Shown here piece by piece: positions 1-13,382 of a stretch of 64,000 bases of DNA (positions are counted from its first letter, which is position 1; each line of letters starts with the position of its first letter). A program made the translations under genes and the position numbers. The notes under the pieces are model-generated. The model saw nothing but the letters and a program-made list of their open reading frames with translations. It made no database searches and was not told where the DNA came from. The DNA lies in assembly GCA_011109175.1 (NCBI GenBank), contig RDEW01000017.1:558001-622000 (forward strand). Reading direction: 5' to 3'. Source of the stretch: Dicyema japonicum. Its lineage: Eukaryota; Animalia; Dicyemida.

Positions 1-947
1 CTAACATTAGTAAAGGAGTACTTTTATCTCCAAGGATAGGTCGAGGAAGAAATCAAGGGTCATAGAAGTATTATTGCACTTTAAGCACTTTACTACAATA
101 AGATAGAGAAAAACTAGAGCTTTGAAGGTATCCTCCAAATATTCGATAAATTATATCTGAGTACTCACTCTTTGAATCCAAACTATAATTAATAAATTTA
201 ATATAAAAAAGGTTTAAAAAATTTTTAAATTAATTTAAAAATAACTTTTTAAAAGCAGAAATGGACGAGGTGTGCATACACTCTATAACAGCGAGAAGGA
301 ATTCGTGGGCGTCCTCCTGCCTATTAGGCATCAGATTTGAAGATATTTCTGCATGGATGACATAAAAATTACTGAAAATATTGTTTATGATATTTTGGGG
401 GTAAAACAATGTGTTCTTCTTGGCCTTTGAGATGGCAAAGTTTGAGTAATTCTTCATCTCACACAACATGCAAAAATTTCCTCGTATTTCGCCTAGTTAA
501 CCAAATAAAATAGATTTTAATACACTTGTGGCTTGTTTTTCATAATATAGTTCACAATCGGTGGGGTGGACTGTAAACATTGCAACACAGAATTGATGTA
601 GCAGGTATTTCTGTAGTTCATAAGTCCACACACAATGTTCTCTTTTACGTCATATTCCAAACGCAAGTCGTAGATAGTGTTTACTAGTCTCAAGTTGGTT
701 TGTTTTTTCTTCTTTTCTTTCACAATGCCTGAAAATTTAAATTTAATAAACTTCCATCGCCTAGGTCTACTACACGTGGGTAGATTTTAGTGAGGGAAGA
801 GGCTTTGAATTCTTCGTCTGGACTGGCCTCTGTGAATTCGATTGTAATGTTTGAGTAAATTGTATGGTGAGACTTTATGGGTTTGGTTGGTTTATCTCTT
901 ATTTCTGCTTTTAAGAATTTATCTAAGGATGTTTCCATCATTCTCAT
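1..947 (-). CDS. Ubiquitin-specific protease, USP36/USP42-like (5' part; continues beyond window start)
   Basis: Cys box GLMNYRNTCYINSVLQCL..TPP (ORF 517-723); CMLC and QEDAHEFL (ORF 230-469); ATG at 947; 23-nt intron GTTTATT..TTTCAG near 729-751. Confidence 0.85.
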
Positions 948-1724
948 GCACGTATCACCACGTGAACGAATTTTATTTAATGTAAATTAATATTAAATTA
1001 TTTTTATTATTTTAATTTATTTTTATTCATTTTTATTTAAATTATTTTTTAATTTTACTAAACTCAACCTATAATACCGCCCAAATTTTCATTTCTGAGT
1101 GCCTGAATTGTCAGGACCTGACGTGGACGTGGAGGATATCTGGTAGCGAATGTAACTTAAAGTAGGTTATATATTCTATACCTATTTAATATCAATAGAT
1201 TATTCAGGTTCGATAGTAAGTGTATCTGATCATTTCCTACATAGATTTCTACTGAGCCCTTGATACATGAGAAAGAAGTTGACGACTAGTTCCATGGTAC
1301 CAGATAGACAAGTCCTACCGAAGTCCATTAAGAACCAGAGGAAAGTAATTAAACTTTCATTTTTTGCAGTTGTAGGAGCTTCCCGGCATGATCCAATGGA
1401 GCTATAATTTTTTGTTATTATTGTAGTACTGGAATCACGTGTAGGTCACGTGATACCGCGTTAATTTAACAAAGGAAGAAATGGGCTGACCATGTTGTGT
1501 CACCAACCACACATGAAATTGAACTGATGGCTGATGTAGCTGATTTTTTCACCCAATTTGATCTGACCTCTAGTTTATTTAATTAAAATATACTTGAATC
1601 ATAAGTTTGCCACTCATAAATAAAATTGCTATTTAAATTAAATTTATTGAACCTGTCAGGTAAAAAAACCAAACTAATTTATATTCATTAACGTCAAAAA
1701 TAATTAAATTAATCTATGAAGTTT

Positions 1725-1925
1725 GAATGGACAGACTGTTTCCTCTGACAATAAGCATCGATAGTCTTCCTTAGATCCTTGGTGACCCTTTGGATCGTTG
1801 AGCCGATCCGATGGACTAGATCGTCCGCTTGTGGGCCAAGGATTCCTGACGTCTCAAAAGTAAATGATCCTCCGAAATGGTTCGGTGCTTCCTTCTCTTC
1901 TGATCCTCAACTTGCCTAGAAGCAT
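1725..1925 (-). mobile_element. CRE-like retrotransposon remnant (RLE/3' region)
   Basis: Minus translation ..QKRRKH..FETSGILGPQADDLVHRIG.. resembles the K..KY..F.P...ET.G..G region of CRE-clade elements. Confidence 0.55.
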
Positions 1926-2094
1926 GACCTGGGTTCGAAATTGAAGCGGTCGAAATTTTTCGGACATGTAGCGTCACAGAAAAAAAATAAAAATTAAAAA
2001 CGCATTTAATAAATATTTTTGTTTTTTTAAGTATTTTAAATGAAAGAAAAATTAAAAAACAAAATTAGAGTTATAGGGCCAAGCCTAATGATTC

Positions 2095-2385
2095 TTTTAG
2101 CCACACTATCCCAATGATGCCACTGACCAAAGCTTTCTTTGAAATGTCCTTAACCAAAACTATCCTAGTGATGTCTCTGACCACTAACCTAACAACAACC
2201 CTACCAAAATTATCTAATGATGTTCCTTACCCTACCCAAATCTAATAATTCTTCAAAAGAAAACATTCCTAAGAAGTCAACTAAAACTAACATAAAAATT
2301 CTCCTATAAAAATTATCTTAATGAATTCCCTAACGGAAGACAAACTTAACTATGTTATAACCAAAATTATCTTTAACAAAAACTA
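2095..2385. repeat. Degenerate ~27-bp minisatellite
   Basis: Repeated units such as CCAAAACTATCCTAGTGATGTCTCTGA and CCAAAATTATCTAATGATGTTCCTTA. Confidence 0.55.
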
Positions 2386-3071
2386 AAAGAAAAATTAATA
2401 AAATCAAATCCTTAACGGAGAAATAAAATAAATTCACAACGAACACGAAATCAATGCAGAAACGATCGATTAAATCGCAAAATATTAGCAGTTGAATACA
2501 TTCAGTTTTACAGAATCACTACTTATTTGGAGTACTATAGTCGTGAACATGGAGTAAAGGACTTGTTCTTCAGTTACAATCGGCTTCACAGGCGGTAGTT
2601 TATAAAAAATTTTTTAAGCTTCAATTAGATTGCTGAAATAAAAACCTGAAGGAGTCCACTTTAAAATGTGAGCTCTGGTAAACTTTTCATCGCAATCCGA
2701 CCAACTAGTCGAGTTGTTAGGTGGACACATGGCTAGGGTGGTGACGTATTGCGTTAAATGTCTTCATCTCAAAATCAATGTGACCCCTCGTTTCATTTCT
2801 CTTATGAGTAAACAAAATGATTAACTCAGGAGGCGGTGGATATACAAAGTTTCAGAACGAGGAAACGTCGGATACACTAAGCTCTGGGTGGGATATCAAA
2901 ATTAGTTTAATATGTAATCCTGAAAGGTACCAGTATTTTCCTCTTCTCTCCTCAGAGCAGACTTATCAAATTTTCTGGTAAATCTGTGCTTCTTTATTTC
3001 AAAACTTAGCTTCAAATATCTGTTAGAACATTAAGAAGACATTGGTGAAAGACATTGAAATTATTAGATTA

Positions 3072-3230
3072 AGGCTTGAAGAGTGACGCCGTCATCAATG
3101 AACATCTCACTGCAGAATCGGATCGTCTACAAAAGGATTCACACCCAACAAAAAGAAAAAAGAAGTGAAGAGCATTCCTTGTTCTCCCCTTTTCTCTTTA
3201 CCCAGTGGTCTTGGGGACAACAATAATGAT
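3072..3230 (+). mobile_element. SINE-like family 1 body (headless), followed by an I-group LINE-like tail
   Basis: GAGTGACGCCGTCATCA..CTCACTGC..GGATCGTCTA..AAAAGAAGTGAAGA matches the reverse complement of 21000-21110. Confidence 0.7.
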
Positions 3231-3546
3231 TTCTTCAACTTTAGTCACAAAATTCTATCAGACTGACTAGAAAGCCCATTTCCGACATAAGTGTTTTTCA
3301 ACAAATCGATGGTACATTCTGCCACCAACGAACACACTTTCATAATTACCAATGTATCTCTACATATTCTTCATGACTTTTGGTTTCAATACCTCTTGAG
3401 TTCATCACCTTGTCTATGCTCACAAGAAGTAAGTTATCTGGTAGTCTTTCATCCATAATAATGCAAAGCAGGAACTTCCATTAATTACTTAGTCATACCA
3501 GATAAACCAAATAAAAGCTAAAATTGTTTCCATAGTAACAGATATT

Positions 3547-5601
3547 ATGTCTTCAATAGCGACTAAGACGACTGATTATGATATAATTGTAAATTTAGGA
3601 TTAATCCAAGATTTATGGAGATAGAGTAATTCATAGAGGTCAAAATAACTTCCACAGACAAAGGAATCATATAAATGATCAAGGCATTCCCAAACCGTCC
3701 AAACCATTATTAGGCAAAATGACCGAAGTTAGGAGTCCAAAATATGCCGGAGACGTTTTTCTGAACAGTGAGTGATATATCAGCTTCTTACTTATAGAGA
3801 ATGGTCATCACGTGGAAAAGCATTCAAACGAAAAAATGGTCGAGGATAAGAACGAAGAAATCCTCAATCTTAGAAAGGTTCGATAAAAGTTTACTTCCAA
3901 GAAAATCAATGAATTAAAGATAACAAATAACGAACTCAAAATGAAAGTTAGGCACTTGGAGGACGATGTAATATCTATTTAAGAAATATTTGTAGAAAAA
4001 AGAAGTGGAGGAGTTATACAAGCTCGAGAAAGTATAAATCTACCTTAACCTGTTTAGTCGAGTGAAAAAGGCTCAGTCGATAATGACCAAGTACTACTTC
4101 TTTTATCAAATAGCTCGGTCGTGAAATGAGGTACAAATTATGGAAGCTAAAAAACCTCTTGAGGGAAAAGGACGAACGAATACTGTAGAATTACTAAGAA
4201 ATAAAACATAGGAAGTTAGAATCTGATTCGAGGTTAGTAAACAACAAAGAACTGAAAATTCAATTCGAGGTTTACTACAACGAATGCCTCCGACTTAACA
4301 AAATCATAGAAGACCTAAATGGATACTCTGATGAGCACAGAAGTTAGTGATGGATTTCTATTATGCAGTGAAGAACGTGGAAAAATATTAGAGAAGTTGT
4401 CTGAGTCGCAAATCAACTTGATAAGAATAAGCAAGAGTTATGAAGAAGCCAAGAATGCTGCGGAAATTGCTAGAGAAGAAGTTAAAGCTAATATCGCTGA
4501 AAAAAATAAATTAAAAGAAAAAATTAGTTGATAAATATGTTTATTAAAGTTAATATCGAAGAAGAAAATAAGCGGTTAACCAAGAGAATAAATTTGGCGG
4601 TAATTTTTGTTAACATTAGACAAACGATGTGGTGCTAAATGCTGTCGAAGAAAATCTTTCTTCAAAATACCGTAAACTTGAAAATAATTTTAGGCAAAAA
4701 AATTCGTCTGCGAGGACCGCCGGAGGAAAGGGTTGTACTCTTGCAAGACAGGGAAATTACTTTGTTGAAAAAAATACAAGAAATGCAGGACAATATTAAC
4801 AGGCTTACATATATGCGAAATCAAGAAGGGTCTTTCCTCTTGTTAGTTTTAGCGTTTCCGAGAAAACCGTGGAAAAGAAGGACATTAAAGTGGCTGAATA
4901 CGTTGAGTATGATTAAATGTGCTAATTTAAAGCGATAAAGATTTGTATTTGGAAATAAACAAGAAAATAGATAATTTCGCTCGAAAGAGGGCATCTTTGG
5001 CAATTCAAAGAAATTGGAGAAAACACAGGGCCTCAGTGATTAAACAGGCAAGTCAAATTCGTCAATTTTAGAAAGAAAATCCAGGAATTTGAGAGAAAAA
5101 TCGCAGCCAAAAAGATTATTAAATTTTTAAAACAAGTTTCCAGAGACAGAAAAGTTAAAGTAATCGAAAATTAAAAAAGTTAGAATTTTAGAGAAAAATG
5201 CGCTGGAAAAACCATACTCAAAGCTTTACGCAAAAACGGTGAAATAGTTGCACGTGTTATTATTTTTAAGAAAAAGCGCGAAAAAAATAGCGGAAACACT
5301 CAGAAAACGTCTGATTTTTGTATCCTGGGTGAATAAATGCACATTTCGGACAGTACACAAGGCACTTTTGGAAATTTCTATTTTCAGGAAAGAGTAGACT
5401 CGTTTAGAAGAAATATTGCCGCCAAAACAATTCAGAAAAGTATTAGAAGATACAAGAGCCGAATGAATGAAGAGAAAGAGGTTTTTTTTGATGAACATGG
5501 CTTAGGATTGCGCTAGCATTGTGAATTGTCTATTCGGCCATAATCTACGGAATGCCAGAATCAATCATTTGGTTAAGCACTGTAACATTACTTTTGATTG
5601 A
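3547..5601 (+). CDS. IQCE: IQCE-like coiled-coil/IQ-motif protein with many tiny introns
   Basis: Spliced peptides EDKNEEILNLRK..ELKMKVRHLEDD and ELKIQFEVYYNECLRL; IQ motif AAKTIQKSIRRYKSR (~5420-5465); stop TGA 5599-5601. Exact exon structure not fully resolved. Confidence 0.65.
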
Positions 5602-5689
5602 TTTAATTATTTTAATTTTTTGAAACAAAATTAAACTTCAAAAGTGTTATAAAATAGTAAGCACCTCGTGATTGAGACCATTCCCTTTC

Positions 5690-5950
5690 ACGAACTCTTT
5701 CACCCATTACTCTTCTTAGATGTCCCTCCTTTTATTCTATCGACTATCAGATAACGTGTCGAAAGGAAAGTGATTTGGGCCTTAGAATCTCCGAGGTATT
5801 GGTTGCGAGGGCATGAAATGAAATATCTTCGTATTGTCGCGTATTTTTCTCTTTAAGGGCCGATCCTGGATGATTGGTTGTCGTTGTGAGTTTTGATAGG
5901 GAGAAGCCATCCACAAAATTGTCGTCCCAGGCAAGGTATTTCCACCCTTT
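5690..5950 (-). mobile_element. CRE-like RLE remnant
   Basis: Minus translation KYLAWDDNFVDGFS..HPGSALKEK. Confidence 0.55.
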
Positions 5951-6347
5951 TAAGGAAAAGATTTATGATAACAAATTGACCACGTGTGAAGAATGTGAAA
6001 AAATTGGGAATCAATTTCGATTTCCTTATGACTTTTGGAAAGAATAGATAAACTTAGTTAACAAAATAATAGTCATTCATCTTGACGCTAAGTTCCCTAT
6101 GCAGCCATGACCCGGTCATCAGCCACAGTTGCGCCATATGGAGAATAAACCTACGAAAAGCGAACCTAAAGATGATCGATGACTTCCAATCTATCATTCC
6201 TGTTACCTGACCAACCCTCTTTGAGGTTCTTTTAGGAAAACAAGAAGCAGCATTATTCCCACGATCATCAGCCTGTAACCTGAGCATGCAGAGGGTGTGG
6301 GAAATAACCTAATCACGAAAGGAACACCGACCAATGATAAGAATGCA

Positions 6348-6657
6348 ATTGAGAGAAGCTAATGGTAGTGTCTAAATAAATAATGGTGATTTTTTCTAAG
6401 ACAGGCATATAGAATGTGAATCATTATTAGACTGTTCTAGAATAAATAATCAACAATGTTTACCTGCTCCTATTCAAAGCTAATTTGTCTTATTTTTTTA
6501 ATTTTTAGAAAGGATGGAGCTCAAATCCTAAACGTAGGCGTATTTGACTCTTCTTCGAATTCATTAAAACTAGGGTCGCATAACTACGGCTTTCAGTGCC
6601 ATTTTGTACGGGGTTTGAAAAACAAAGATATTCCGATCTCAATTTAATTAAGAATAA
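6348..6657 (-). repeat. Duplicated segment, copy 1 (probable gene fragment with a 27-nt intron)
   Basis: Clearly alignable with 13383-13717; intron-like GTAAACATTGTTGATTATTTATTCTAG on minus strand conserved in both copies. Confidence 0.8.
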
Positions 6658-6721
6658 TACTTTGATGTTGAAAATCTCTGGCTTCGAGTTTAACAAGATA
6701 CAATGAACTACAGAGCTTATC

Positions 6722-6724
6722 TTA

Positions 6725-6756
<32 letters not shown>

Positions 6757-9700
6757 AAGCAACTACATAGAATCATATAAACTATAATTCTATTCGTGCC
6801 GCGTCTGAACAATCCTCTTAATTAGCCTTTCCCATCCCCTCCTGTCCGATGCCAAGTGCCGCAGACTACTAAGGTCTTCACCGTCCTTTAGTAGTCTGGT
6901 TACTGATCTCAGGTCACCATTAAGGACTTCCGGAAGAGTTATTCTTGGACGACCTCTGAACTTCTCCCCTGACGTATCGAAGTATTCTTCCATGACGACG
7001 TTTGCTGGCGTGTCTTGTTCCAATCTGAGAATATGGCCAAACAATCTCCAGCGAGCCTTCATGATCATGGTGCTCAGAGGTCCGGAACCGCATCTTCTAT
7101 ATAAATTTTCACTCCCTACACGCATTGGCCACTTTAGTCCCAAGAGAGACCGAAGTTGCCTTCTGTGAAAGGAGTCAAGGTTTTGTTCGTCCGTTTTCGA
7201 AATTCCCCACGTCCCAGAGTTGTATGTTAGTATGGGCCTCACGAACGCCTCATACAACCTGAGTCGGAGTGATGGCCCGACCGAGCATTTTCTTATCCAA
7301 CATTTCATAAGTTTTTGCATAGTAACCGTAGATAACAATTTTCTTCTTGCAATGTCTTCGGAGTCTCCGAGAAGAGAGCCAAGCTTTACGGTCTTCCTCC
7401 AACATTCACTATTGCGTAGTTCCATCCGCTTAATTTCAACAATATCCGTTTTCTGAACATTCAGTGATAGACACCATTTGGCCAAACAGCCTGATGCAAC
7501 CTCCAAGAGACGTAAGAGTGCTTCTTTGTCAGTCGAGATAAAGTCAACATCATCGGCATACACGATCTCCATAATATCATTGTTGTAATACTTCCGGAGG
7601 TCTTGCAGAGCCGATTCAAGGTATATAGCAAACAATACTGGGGAAAGGGAATCTCCTTGGGGTGTGCCCACTGTTGAAATAATTTCCCGTGACAAACATT
7701 TTCCAATACGCACTCGTAACCTCGTGTTTGATAAGAGTATCCGTATCAGAATAACCGAGTCCTTATCCAGGAAACTTTCAAGCACTTCAATGAGTTTTCC
7801 CCGACGGACAGTGTCGAAAGCTCTGGTCAGATCAATTCCAAGGATAGTCTTTGAGCTCCGGAATCTTTGTTGAATAGCACATTGCCATCTATGGCACCAT
7901 ACTACATCAGCCGTTGATCTCCCTGTCCTAAAACCACTCTGGCTCTGGGCCAAGTACCCGTCCACCGGCTCTTGGATCCGATTAAGAGTAATTAGGGCAA
8001 GGATCTTCCTTAAGGTGTTTAGAAGGATGACAGGGCGCAGGTTTTCAACTGGCCCAGGGGGTTTATTACCTTTTTGAACTGGTACTAGTATCCCCTTTCC
8101 AATTTCTGAAAAGTCCTTGTTTTCTATCATGTCATTCAGCAATTTTGAGAGTTTATCTGCAAGTTCTGGAGGGCCAAATTTTAGCAATTCAGATGGTATA
8201 TTATCTGGTCCTGGAGAGCGCCCAGATTTAAGTTTCCTTATCGCCATGCAAACCTCCTCCGGTGAAATGATCCGTTCAAGTGTTGTGTTCTTAGGCGTGA
8301 AATCTGATTTTTCTCCTTTTACAAAGAACAGTTGTTCAATATGCGATGCTATGAACTCTGTCTGTTCTGCAACATTTCCTATTGTTTTTCCATTTCTGTC
8401 ATGCAAAATAAGTTTCACTGATTGGCTCTTCCTCCGTATTAGTCGTATAGCCATGAATGTCGCAGCATTGTCTTTAAGGTTTTCTACCTCTCTGATCTTG
8501 CTTTCCAACTGACTAGTGTGATGTAGTCTGTTTAGGAGTTTGATTTTTCTCTCAATTTGCCTTCGTTCTTGTTTCAGTTTGCAAACAGTCTGAGGATCGA
8601 CAGTATTTTCGGATCTAAGCCTTAAGTTCTTCTGCAAATTCAATAGGGCTGACACTTCCGGGTGACGCTGACTGCTATGGGGTTTAAGTTCCCCCAGATG
8701 TTTGTCAGCAGCGGAAATGATCCCTCTCCTAGTTTCGAGCCATGCCTTTCCTGGTGAAAGATCCGATGCCGTATTATTAATTGAATCCGATACACATTCT
8801 TTATAGTCTGCTTGTACTTTTGGTGAAGAGCCCAAGAGTTCAGTCATATACCTTCTTGATCGCGTGGAATCTCCACCACGATGTGTTTGGAAGAAGCATC
8901 TTCTATTAGTTATCCCGTAGAGGAACTCCTCCGCAGTTGGACCAAGTCTTAAGCTGAATCTTGCTGACACAATTTTGTGATCACTGTTAACAGTTAGTCC
9001 TCCATAAGATCTCGAGTCCCGTAAGAGAGATTTGTCTTTTACTCGACACAGAATATAATCGATCTGATTATAAATCCTTATCAGATTTCCGGTGGTCGAT
9101 AGTCTAGTGCCCATCCACGTTGTCTTGTGGCGTGCGGAATGTTGGAATTGAGTATTGCACAGGAATAAATCAAAGGATTCGCAGAAATATGCCAGAGCAG
9201 TACCAGAATAGTTCCTGATCCCCCTTCCATGTGGTCCAATAAAACGTTCGTGTCCTTGATGTACCCCAGCTTTAGCATTCCAATCACCAGCGATAAAGAG
9301 GAACGATGAAAACTTCAGAGAAGATACGACCTCGACAAGTTCTTCGTAGAAAACGTCCAATTCCTCTGGGTTTTTGGAAACACGGCCACTATGTGGGGCG
9401 TACACGTTCACAATGGAAATTAGTTGCCTGGACTTCCCTTTGGGTCCAATAAGAAATTGAATAACACATATCCTGTCATCAATTTTCCAATATCGATGTA
9501 ATACTGGGGAGCAAATTCTTGTAAACAGCGAAACCCTGTCCATAGTGTTTACAGTACGATGGAAGGAGGATTAGTCTGTAGTCTCCAAGGTTTTCATCGA
9601 GTCCTTTTCTGAGCTTCGTCTATTGGAGACAGCAAACAGAGCATCCATATTTTGCAAAGTCCAGACATAGTTGGTGCCTCTTCGACCAGTCATTAAGGCC

Positions 9701-10055
9701 CCTGGCATTGAAGGTAAGGGTAGAAAACCAGAAAGGATTATTCAAATACGTATTAGACATATGTGCTATAGAGGGACGTCACCACCTCAACCAAAAAAAA
9801 ACAGAGCTCATCTGCTAATTGAAATCCAAGTTATACATTAAAAAAACTCGAATCTGTCAATTTGGGTGTTTATATTTCATTCAGAATTCAACACAGAACT
9901 GAGAAGGAGGAAAAAAATAAGGTTTAGTTCGCAACACTTCTAGAAAACCTTTTAGGGTTTTAGTTAGTTAAATGAACTAGTACTTTGGATTCCGCTAGTG
10001 CAGTGCTTTTTACTATTTATTCTGCCAGATTTCTTTGCATAACTTTCCTCCTCGC
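6722..10055 (-). mobile_element. Near full-length RTE-like LINE (APE + RT, single ORF), copy RTE1
   Basis: ORF 6790-9543 has GDWNA, NQIDY, SDH, PQGDSLSP, YADD and RWRLFGHILR; upstream frame from ATG 9760 gives TFNARGL; (TAA)n tail 6722-6757. 5' boundary uncertain. Confidence 0.93.
6790..9760 (-). pseudogene. RTE1 endonuclease-reverse transcriptase ORF with one nonsense codon and one frameshift
   Basis: LQ*TK (TAG at 9620-9622 replacing E of QETK); frameshift near 9505; 917 open codons downstream. Confidence 0.85.
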
Positions 10056-10149
10056 AGTGAGTGACTGTTATTAAGTTTACGATAGTTATAAAATTGTTCC
10101 TTCCTCTTAGTCTCTTCTAATGAGTGGACAGAGAATACTATTGAGTCAG

Positions 10150-11790
10150 AGGATATTCAAACGTTAGAGTTTTCATCGATTATTGGTCTTTTTGTCGCAA
10201 ACTTTATAGTTTTTACACTTTCAAGGAAGATATGAAAAAAATGATATTCCACCCTCGAAATATTTAGCTTTAAGTATATAATTCGATTGAAGTTCCAATA
10301 GAAGCTTTCATCTGCATTAGAACCATTAAAAGAGAATGGTGTGTGAATAATGAAAATTGTTGTTCAAAGACGAGAAATCATTAAATCTATCTTTAAATTC
10401 CTTTAACAACAGATCTAGTGTCTTTCATATTGGGAAAAATCATTACAGTATGTGCACCAACAGTACTCCCGAGCTCTTATTTAATGGGAACCGCACATCA
10501 AGATCTAAAAAACTATTTCACAGAGTTTATAAACTCAACTCAGAGACTTAAACTAGTTGTTAATCATTGGAGCTTGATAGATATGATTATGGATGATATT
10601 GTCACACTTTACATATCTTTGTGCACAATCTATGAGCGGAAACGTATTTTTACTGTTATAAAATATTAAATAATTATTCTCAATTAGACTTAACAGTTAT
10701 ATGAATCATCTCTGAGATATTAAATCTGCTTCACAGAGAACATTCAGAAATACATTATCTAATCTGTCACTTGATCTGACTAGCAAGTCTCCTATCCCTC
10801 ATTTATCACTCATTTTGAACGTCAACCCAATATTATTATGATACTCAAAGGTTGATTCTATATATTAAGTATTTTTCATATTCAAATAAAGATTTTTTTC
10901 TTAGGTTGAAAGTAATATTTATAATTTTAGCGTAGATAGGCGTGGCAATATATAAATAGAAAATTAAGCGATTAGGAGCGATCAGTAGAATGACAATTGC
11001 AGTAATCATTAATATTTATCTAGATACCTGAAATGATTTGTTCATACACAAAATATGTTGTCAATTCGTCATTTGAAATTGCTGAACCAACATTTTGGTG
11101 AATTGATGGATAATGAATATCCAATCAAATTCAACACGATAATCATATGTCAATCCGTAATAAATCAGATTTGTCAAAGTGATTACGTGATCATTAGGCC
11201 ATTATTAGTTTAGAATTTATTATTTGGTTTCGATAAGTTTTTTCCTTGTTTTTTATATTGTTTTTAACTTTTTTAATCAAGTAAGCAATGCTGAATGTTT
11301 CACTATCATAGAATTGGATGGTTAATTTCTATCTCCCGAAAATTCCTACACAAGTTGTCCGCAGTTCAAAAAACTACCATAATTATTGGAGAAAAACTCA
11401 AGTCCTCGAATACTTCTAGTTTAACGATAAAAGACCTCATTGATGACGGTCAATTTACCAGGCACTCTCTTAAAAATATTTTGAATTAAATTCACAAAAT
11501 GAGGTGGTGCCATTTCTAATAAAATCGGATGCTCCTCATGTAGTTCAGGAATTACTTAGTTTGACTCTCTTTTTTCTTTACCAGTGAAAAGTGATTCTAC
11601 ATTATTCTCTGATTTAATTCTGTTTTGTTAAGGTCTTAATGATTCAAATAACATTTAATAAGTTGTTTAAAAATTAGAAAAATTTAGATCATATATGGTT
11701 CGATATCATTTTATTATTAACAAAATCTGATATTTGATGTGTTCATCGATTATGTGAGCTTGTCAGTATTGTAATAATAGCTTTTACTGA
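10150..11790 (-). mobile_element. Possible highly decayed hAT-type transposase fossil
   Basis: Ordered but broken motifs on minus strand: DE(T)SNI ~11735, TT*GASD ~11535, CWFS ~11080. Confidence 0.3.
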
Positions 11791-11804
11791 TTTATATTTC
11801 TTAT

Positions 11805-11895
11805 TTGAGCTAATCTCGCTCACCATCATGAGAGGAAATAGCCACGTAGTCAGGGCAGCCGCTATATAACCGTTTACTCTCTTTTCTTTCCTTAA
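11805..11895 (+). mobile_element. CRE-like 3' terminus
   Basis: ISLTIMRGNSHVVRAAAI*; matches 58480-58540. Confidence 0.7.
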
Positions 11896-12379
11896 TAAAA
11901 AGTTATAAATTATATAAAAAAATTTCTCAAATATTCGATTATGTCCATATGCTCTTTTTTTACATATTTATTATATTTGGACTGGGATATGGAAGAGAAC
12001 CTCATGGACCATATATATTAATGACATGGTCTCCTTCGTCATGAATTAATATGCGATTCTATCGCAAAAGATAGAAAATAGAGTGTATAAATTGTAGCTT
12101 AATAATCAGTGGGTAAGATATGGTGGGTGTCGTGTCGCTAAAAGAGACAAAGTCTACGTTAATTAAAGACTGGAAAAATAGACTAACTGAGAATATATCA
12201 CCAGAGTCTAGAAATAAAGAGAAAGGGCAATCTAGGGCGGTAAATCTGATTATGGCTAAACGCAGAGATGGAAAGTATCTGTCGCCAAGTATCTCTGAGG
12301 GGGTGCTACAAAAGTTGCATGGGTAATTTCATATATGAATGATTTTTGTTCTATAGCAAAGATTGATTTAACGGAGATG

Positions 12380-13070
12380 GAGCTCCTGGTTCTGGAAGTA
12401 TGAGGCCACCAAAACGTTTGCTGATGGGAGATCTGAATGCCTGTTCCTTAAAAGAACGGCATAATGAACTAGCAATCTTTGCAATGACCTCTAAAGTCTA
12501 CATGTTGAATCAGACGAAACTAAAAATCTTGACTGTTTTATTCTTGAGAGATATCAACCTGTCAACATTGTATGGAAGGATTGTGCAATAGCTGATTTTG
12601 GGTCATCTATTTTAATCGTTCTATCTCCTATCCAGGAATCCTTGTGTCATTTTATTCGATTTTAAAACTGTGAAGTTTGTTGTGTTGTGGATAACTGTTA
12701 GTGGATTGTGTTCTAAGAATCTGGAGAAGTGTACCGACAAGATTGAGGAGTTTTTAACATGGAACCAAATTAAATACTAGTGGGAGATCTTAATGCGAAA
12801 AATGTATGAGATGGATGTAATGAGACAAACCAGTATAAACGGCGTTGAGAGCTGTCAGAATCATGTGGTTTTTGAGGCTTTAATTTCGAAAGACTCAAAA
12901 TATTATCCTTTTTATGGTGGTGACAACTAGGGTCATTCCTAATCTCATCTCCATTTATAATTTTTTTGAGAGAACTATGTGAGATATTAAAAGATACCAC
13001 ATTCACCAAGAGTTAGTAGTTACAATCCGACCTCTTATTGGCATGTATTGTCCCAAAATCAATTTTTCCC
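12380..13070 (+). mobile_element. Decayed APE-type LINE endonuclease remnant
   Basis: DLNACSL, QTK and ILVGDLNAKN motifs in broken frames. Confidence 0.55.
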
Positions 13071-13382
13071 AAAACATAGGTTTTCCATCTAGATCGATGA
13101 ATAAGCAAATACAAATTTTTAAAGTAACCAGTTATTTTCTCTTCTTATTTATTTTTTATCGTGTTGTGATTTTCTGATTTCATAAAAAATCATGAAGAGA
13201 GTGTGGAATCAAAAATGTTTGCCTTAAGGTTTTCCTTCAACCTTAACGTTTCTGATATTGATGATTCACGGTTTACATCCTCATAAAGATATTTATTTTT
13301 ATCTTCTTCATAGAGACATGCATCATTACTCCAATCATTATTGTTACCACTTGCCCCAAATTTAATTTGGATAGAGATTGCT

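Noticed and set aside
7220-9287. Antisense and alternative-frame ORFs over RTE1 (also over other LINEs and genes)
   Set aside because: Shadow ORFs of real coding sequence with no independent motifs.
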